DNA of 17,792 nucleotides, taken from assembly GCA_039589315.1 (NCBI GenBank), contig JBDHHQ010000089.1, positions 1 through 17,792 of the forward strand, in the 5' to 3' direction. Source of the stretch: Gemmatimonadota bacterium (GTDB taxonomy: Bacteria; Gemmatimonadota; Gemmatimonadetes; Longimicrobiales; Gaopeijiaceae). This document shows, in pieces, positions 14,256 to 17,792 of the stretch (within the stretch, counting starts at the first letter, position 1; each line of letters starts with the position of its first letter). The notes beneath the pieces were generated by a model that worked only from the letters and a program-made list of their open reading frames with translations, did no database searches and was not told where the DNA came from. The position numbers were made by a program, and so were the translations under genes.

Positions 14256-15494
14256 CTACAGCAACGCCATCACCAGGCCGCTCCTGATCTTCGGCTCGAA
14301 CCAGGTGGACTTGGGCGGCATCAATCGGTTCTGAAGGCAGACCCGGGTGAACTGCTCCATGGTGACCGGCGGCAGCGTCACGGCCATGGCGTAGCCGCCG
14401 CGGTCGACCTGATCTCGAAGGTAGGCGGCGTCCCGGTTGCTCCCGACGAAGCGGAGGCGATCGTCCCGGGCGTCTTCGACGTCCAGCGTCGTGCCGAACA
14501 GGTGGCGCTGGACGATGTCCGCGTCGATGTCCTGGGCAGCGTCCCCCGGGTCGTACGTGCCCGCCCTGGGCGTCAGCTCGTACCAGAGCCCCCCCGCATA
14601 GACGCCGATGTGATGGGTCTCCTCCGGTTGGTACGCGTCCACGTCGGGACGGATCTGGACGTCGAAGGCGTCTGTCAGAGCGCCGGGCAGGTCGTCCGGG
14701 AGGGTCACGCGGGCCGAAACCAACCGGTTGTACGGCCGGATTCCCATGGACGCACTCGGAAAGAAGACCGTGAGGAACTCTGCGTGGCCAAGCATGGCAG
14801 CGGCCGCGCTCCGGTGGTTTCCATCCGCTACGTACGCGTGGGGCTCGGCGGCCAGCAGCGACTGCAGCCGCTCGATGGTCCATGAGTCCTGCACGAGCCA
14901 GATCCGATGCCGATTCTCGTGACCATCCGTCACCGAGTAGTCGGGGGGCCGCTCGTCCGCCAGGGCCTCCAGAGCCGAGGCCAGGCGCCCGTCCTCGTCG
15001 TCGACGGCGTTGTTGACGGTACCGATGATGGCGCGGGTGGCCTTGATGAGATCGGCACGACCGCGCGACTTGGCCTCCCGTATCCCCTCGTTTCGGATGA
15101 TGGAGCCCGTGGGCGTCGCCTTTGTCCGGATCTCCTCGAGCAGGCCCATGCCGCCCAGGCCGATCTGACGGACGCCGGGGCGGGCGGCGTCGAGGATCTC
15201 GTAGATCCAGAGAACGTCCTCGAGCTCTCGAGTCAGCGGACTCCCTGCCAGCTCGACCATGTTGCGGGCGGCTCGCTCCAGGGCGGGGCCCGATCCCTCC
15301 TCCACTGGTGCGGCGCCCGGGGGCACGTCACAGTGGGCCATGGTGATCCGCAACACGGACTCGGGATTCTGGGCGATGACCTCCTGGATCTCGCGGTCGC
15401 TCTGGAACTCGTCGTAGTTCGGCGCGCTGACGCGGGCAGCGGCTGCGGCATCCACGGGGACCAGAGCCCGATTGACGGGTCTTATCGTTATCAC
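14256..15494 (-). CDS. DUF1015 family protein
   Basis: AP.YD, YVADGNHRSAAA, I.PYNRLV and C-terminal MPPKSTWFEPK.RSGL. GTG at 15494 with a purine-rich upstream tract; alternative start 15536. Confidence 0.85.
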   Translation of the reverse strand: MITIRPVNRALVPVDAAAAARVSAPNYDEFQSDREIQEVIAQNPESVLRITMAHCDVPPGAAPVEEGSGPALERAARNMVELAGSPLTRELEDVLWIYEILDAARPGVRQIGLGGMGLLEEIRTKATPTGSIIRNEGIREAKSRGRADLIKATRAIIGTVNNAVDDEDGRLASALEALADERPPDYSVTDGHENRHRIWLVQDSWTIERLQSLLAAEPHAYVADGNHRSAAAAMLGHAEFLTVFFPSASMGIRPYNRLVSARVTLPDDLPGALTDAFDVQIRPDVDAYQPEETHHIGVYAGGLWYELTPRAGTYDPGDAAQDIDADIVQRHLFGTTLDVEDARDDRLRFVGSNRDAAYLRDQVDRGGYAMAVTLPPVTMEQFTRVCLQNRLMPPKSTWFEPKIRSGLVMALL

Positions 15495-15584
15495 GGTGCT
15501 CGGTTCTTCCTGTGGAGGGTGCTGTGGCCGGTCCACCCGGCCTACGGGACCCCGCGAACATGTCCACCCGGAGCGGCCGGATCA

Positions 15585-15815
15585 ATGCACGTGACCTTGC
15601 CGGATCCTTCGTTCTCGACGCTGCCTCCCACGCTGATCCTCTTCATCGTCGCATGGCTGACGAGCCTGGCCCTGCGGGATACCGGCATCGTGGACGTCTT
15701 CTGGGGTCTGGGTTTCGGGGTGGCGGCCGGGGCGGCAGCCGCCGGGACGTCTTTGTCCCTCCCGGCACGCGGGCCCACCGTTCCGCCTGGTCCTGGGGAC
15801 AGCGCCGAGGGATGA
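15585..15815 (+). pseudogene. Truncated DUF1295 (steroid 5-alpha-reductase-like membrane protein) N-terminal remnant
   Basis: WLTSLALRDTGIVDVFWGLGF matches the DUF1295 N-terminal signature (W..S....D.SIVD.FWG.GF). The frame then loses resemblance and stops after 76 aa, far short of a full-length member. Confidence 0.7.
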
Positions 15816-15929
15816 GGGCGCCGGGCCCGCCGCTCGGGCCGAAAGGTGCGCCCGCCCCCTTTCCTCGCGCTCACGGCGGGTCCATTCTGACTCACCGCAG
15901 ATTCTCGACCGGCTGTTCCGGAGGATACC

Positions 15930-17323
15930 ATGCGCAGGCTCGCATCCGTCACCCTCGTCCTGGCTGTAATCGCTCTCCCCTCGTCGGTCCGGGCCCAGGA
16001 CACGCCCGACGCGGTGGTGGCTGCGCTGGAGGCCAGGACTGCCCACATGACCGACGTGGCCATGGAGATCTGGCGCCTGGCCGAGCTGGGGTACCTGGAG
16101 GAGAAGAGCTCGGCGCTGCTCCAGTCCGAGCTGGTAGACGCGGGCTTCAGCGTGGACGCCGGCGTAGCGGAGATCCCCACCGCGTTCGTGGCCAGCTGGG
16201 GCAGTGGGGCGCCCGTGATCGGCGTGCTGGCCGAGTTCGACGCGCTACCCGGGATCAACCAGGATGCCGTGCCGACCAGGCAGCCCATCGAGGGGAAACA
16301 CGCCGGACACGCCTGCGGCCACCACCTCTTCGGGACCGCCTCCACCCACGCGGCCATCGCCGCGAAGCAGTGGCTGGAGGCCACAGGCTCGTCGGGCACG
16401 ATCCGCCTTTACGGCACGCCGGCCGAGGAGGGTGGGTCGGGGAAGGTCTACATGGCCCGGGCGGGGTTGTTCGATGACGTGGACGCGGTCATCTCGTGGC
16501 ACGCCGGCGACCGCAACTACGCGGGGCCGAACACGAACCTGGCGGTGAAGTCGGCCAAGTTCCGCTTCCACGGCGTCTCGGCCCACGCCGCCGCGCCATG
16601 GTCAACATGCTCCGGGAGCATGTCCCGCAGGAGACGCGCATCCACTACGTCATCACCGCCGGTGGCAACGCTCCCAACGTGGTGCCCGACTTCGCCGAGG
16701 TCTACTACTACGTCCGAAATCCCGAGCCCGAGATGGTGAAGGCCATCTTCGACCGGGTGGTGACCGCGGCGGAGGGTGCCGCCCTGGGGACCGGCACCGA
16801 CATGGAGCTCGAGATCATCGCGGGTGCCTACAACCGTCTGCCCAACGTGGCGCTCCAGGAGGTGATGCACAGGAGCCTCGAGCGGGTCGGTGGCGTGGAG
16901 TACGACGAGCGCGAGCGGGAGTTCGCCCGGACGATCCAATCCTCCTTCCCGGATCCGCCGCCCCTGGACCAGGCCTGGGTCATCCAGCCCTTCGAGTTTC
17001 GTCAGACATACGCCTCGGCCGATACGGGGGACATCACGTGGCTCGTGCCCTCAGCCAACCTGAGCACGGCAACCTGGGTGCCGGGCACGTCGGCGCACTC
17101 GTGGCAGGCCATCGCCTCGGGGGGGATGAGCATCGGCGCAAAGGGGATGATGGTGGCCGCCAAGACGCTGGCGCTGACCGCCATCGACCTGTTCAGCACC
17201 CCCGACGTGATCGCGGCGGCACAGAGCGAATTCGACGAACGGCGGGGCTCGGACTTCGTCTATGAGGCCCTCCTGGGCGACAGGGATCCGCCGCTGGACT
17301 ACCGGGCCAGCGTCGCCCGGTAG
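15930..17323 (+). pseudogene. M20-family amidohydrolase (AbgB-like) with Sec signal peptide, split by an out-of-frame internal deletion near 16597
   Basis: Frame 1 (from 15930, GGAGG RBS): ELGY.E.KSS, IPTAFVA, LAEFDALPG, HACGHHL.G, GTPAEEGG.GKVYM, WH, FHGVSAHAAAP. Frame 2 (from 16598): MVNMLREHVP...RIHYVIT.GG.APNVVP, S.D.GD.TW.VP, PGT.AHSWQ. The intervening GRSALD segment is absent. Confidence 0.85.
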
Positions 17324-17343
17324 CGCGGACGCGGACTGCGGGC

Positions 17344-17792
17344 CTAGGGGATCTGCGCTCCCCCGCGCCGGCCCAAACCCCACTCGACTCCCAGGATGAA
17401 CCCCGTCGGGCCTGTCGCCGGGCCATTGGCGCTGTCGGCGCCGTGCCAACCGGCGGCGAAGGCCGCCGCGACGCCGAACACGCCCTTCGACCGGTACACG
17501 ATTCCGATTCGGGTTTCGACTAGCCAACCGAGCTCGGACTCCTCCAGCGCGCCTCCCACGCGGGCGACGGCGAAGGGTGAGACCGGCCTTGCCGGGAAAA
17601 GCCGCACCTCGGGCCCGACGCTGAACCCCACCAGGGTTTCGTCGGCCGTGGCCACCGCCAGTGCCGCCTCCAGTCCCACGACCCCCGAGCTGCCGAAACG
17701 GCGCTGACCGGCGCCACCCAGCACCGGGCCGGGGTCCGGCGACCCGTGGACGTTCACCCAGCCGGCTTCGGCCCTGACCACCCAAGTGGGAG
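17344..17792 (-). CDS. Hypothetical protein, probable small outer-membrane beta-barrel; 5' end lies beyond the window
   Basis: Frame is open to the window edge. Alternating hydrophobic strands (VGLEAALAV, FSVGPEVRLF, SPFAVARVGG, IGIVYR, FILGVEWG). Stop TAG at 17346-17344. Confidence 0.6.
   Translation of the reverse strand, partial: PTWVVRAEAGWVNVHGSPDPGPVLGGAGQRRFGSSGVVGLEAALAVATADETLVGFSVGPEVRLFPARPVSPFAVARVGGALEESELGWLVETRIGIVYRSKGVFGVAAAFAAGWHGADSANGPATGPTGFILGVEWGLGRRGGAQIP

Noticed and set aside
16590..16600. Programmed ribosomal frameshift in the amidohydrolase
   Set aside because: No slippery sequence, and conserved residues are physically missing, so recoding could not restore the protein.
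1..17792. CRISPR array, tRNA/rRNA, IS or integrase, defence system, intrinsic terminators
   Set aside because: No regularly spaced repeats, RNA gene signatures, transposase or recombinase motifs, or hairpins followed by a clear U-tract were seen by eye.

Overview
High-GC bacterial chromosomal window; gene content and style suggest Gemmatimonadota (inference). Order: 3' part of a large NAD-glutamate dehydrogenase; a convergent small, very basic histone-like protein; a small TM/coiled-coil protein; a KDO-type cluster; a PafA-type alkaline phosphatase; a DUF819 membrane protein; a minus-strand operon (TIGR04076-like protein, aldo/keto reductase, Tat-lipoprotein D-cysteine desulfhydrase-like enzyme, D-2-hydroxyacid dehydrogenase) divergent from an NhaC-family transporter; DUF1015; a DUF1295 remnant; an M20 amidohydrolase broken by an out-of-frame deletion; and a partial beta-barrel protein. 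The main finding is the KDO-type cluster. A divergent kdsA and a kdsC-like phosphatase flank a gene in the usual kdsD position that keeps the KdsD-type CBS pair but has a transaldolase/FSA barrel with a rebuilt active site instead of the SIS isomerase domain. This suggests an alternative route to arabinose 5-phosphate or to a variant ulosonic acid. No rRNA, tRNA, CRISPR array or mobile element was recognised. All family calls come from motif recognition by eye, not from database searches.
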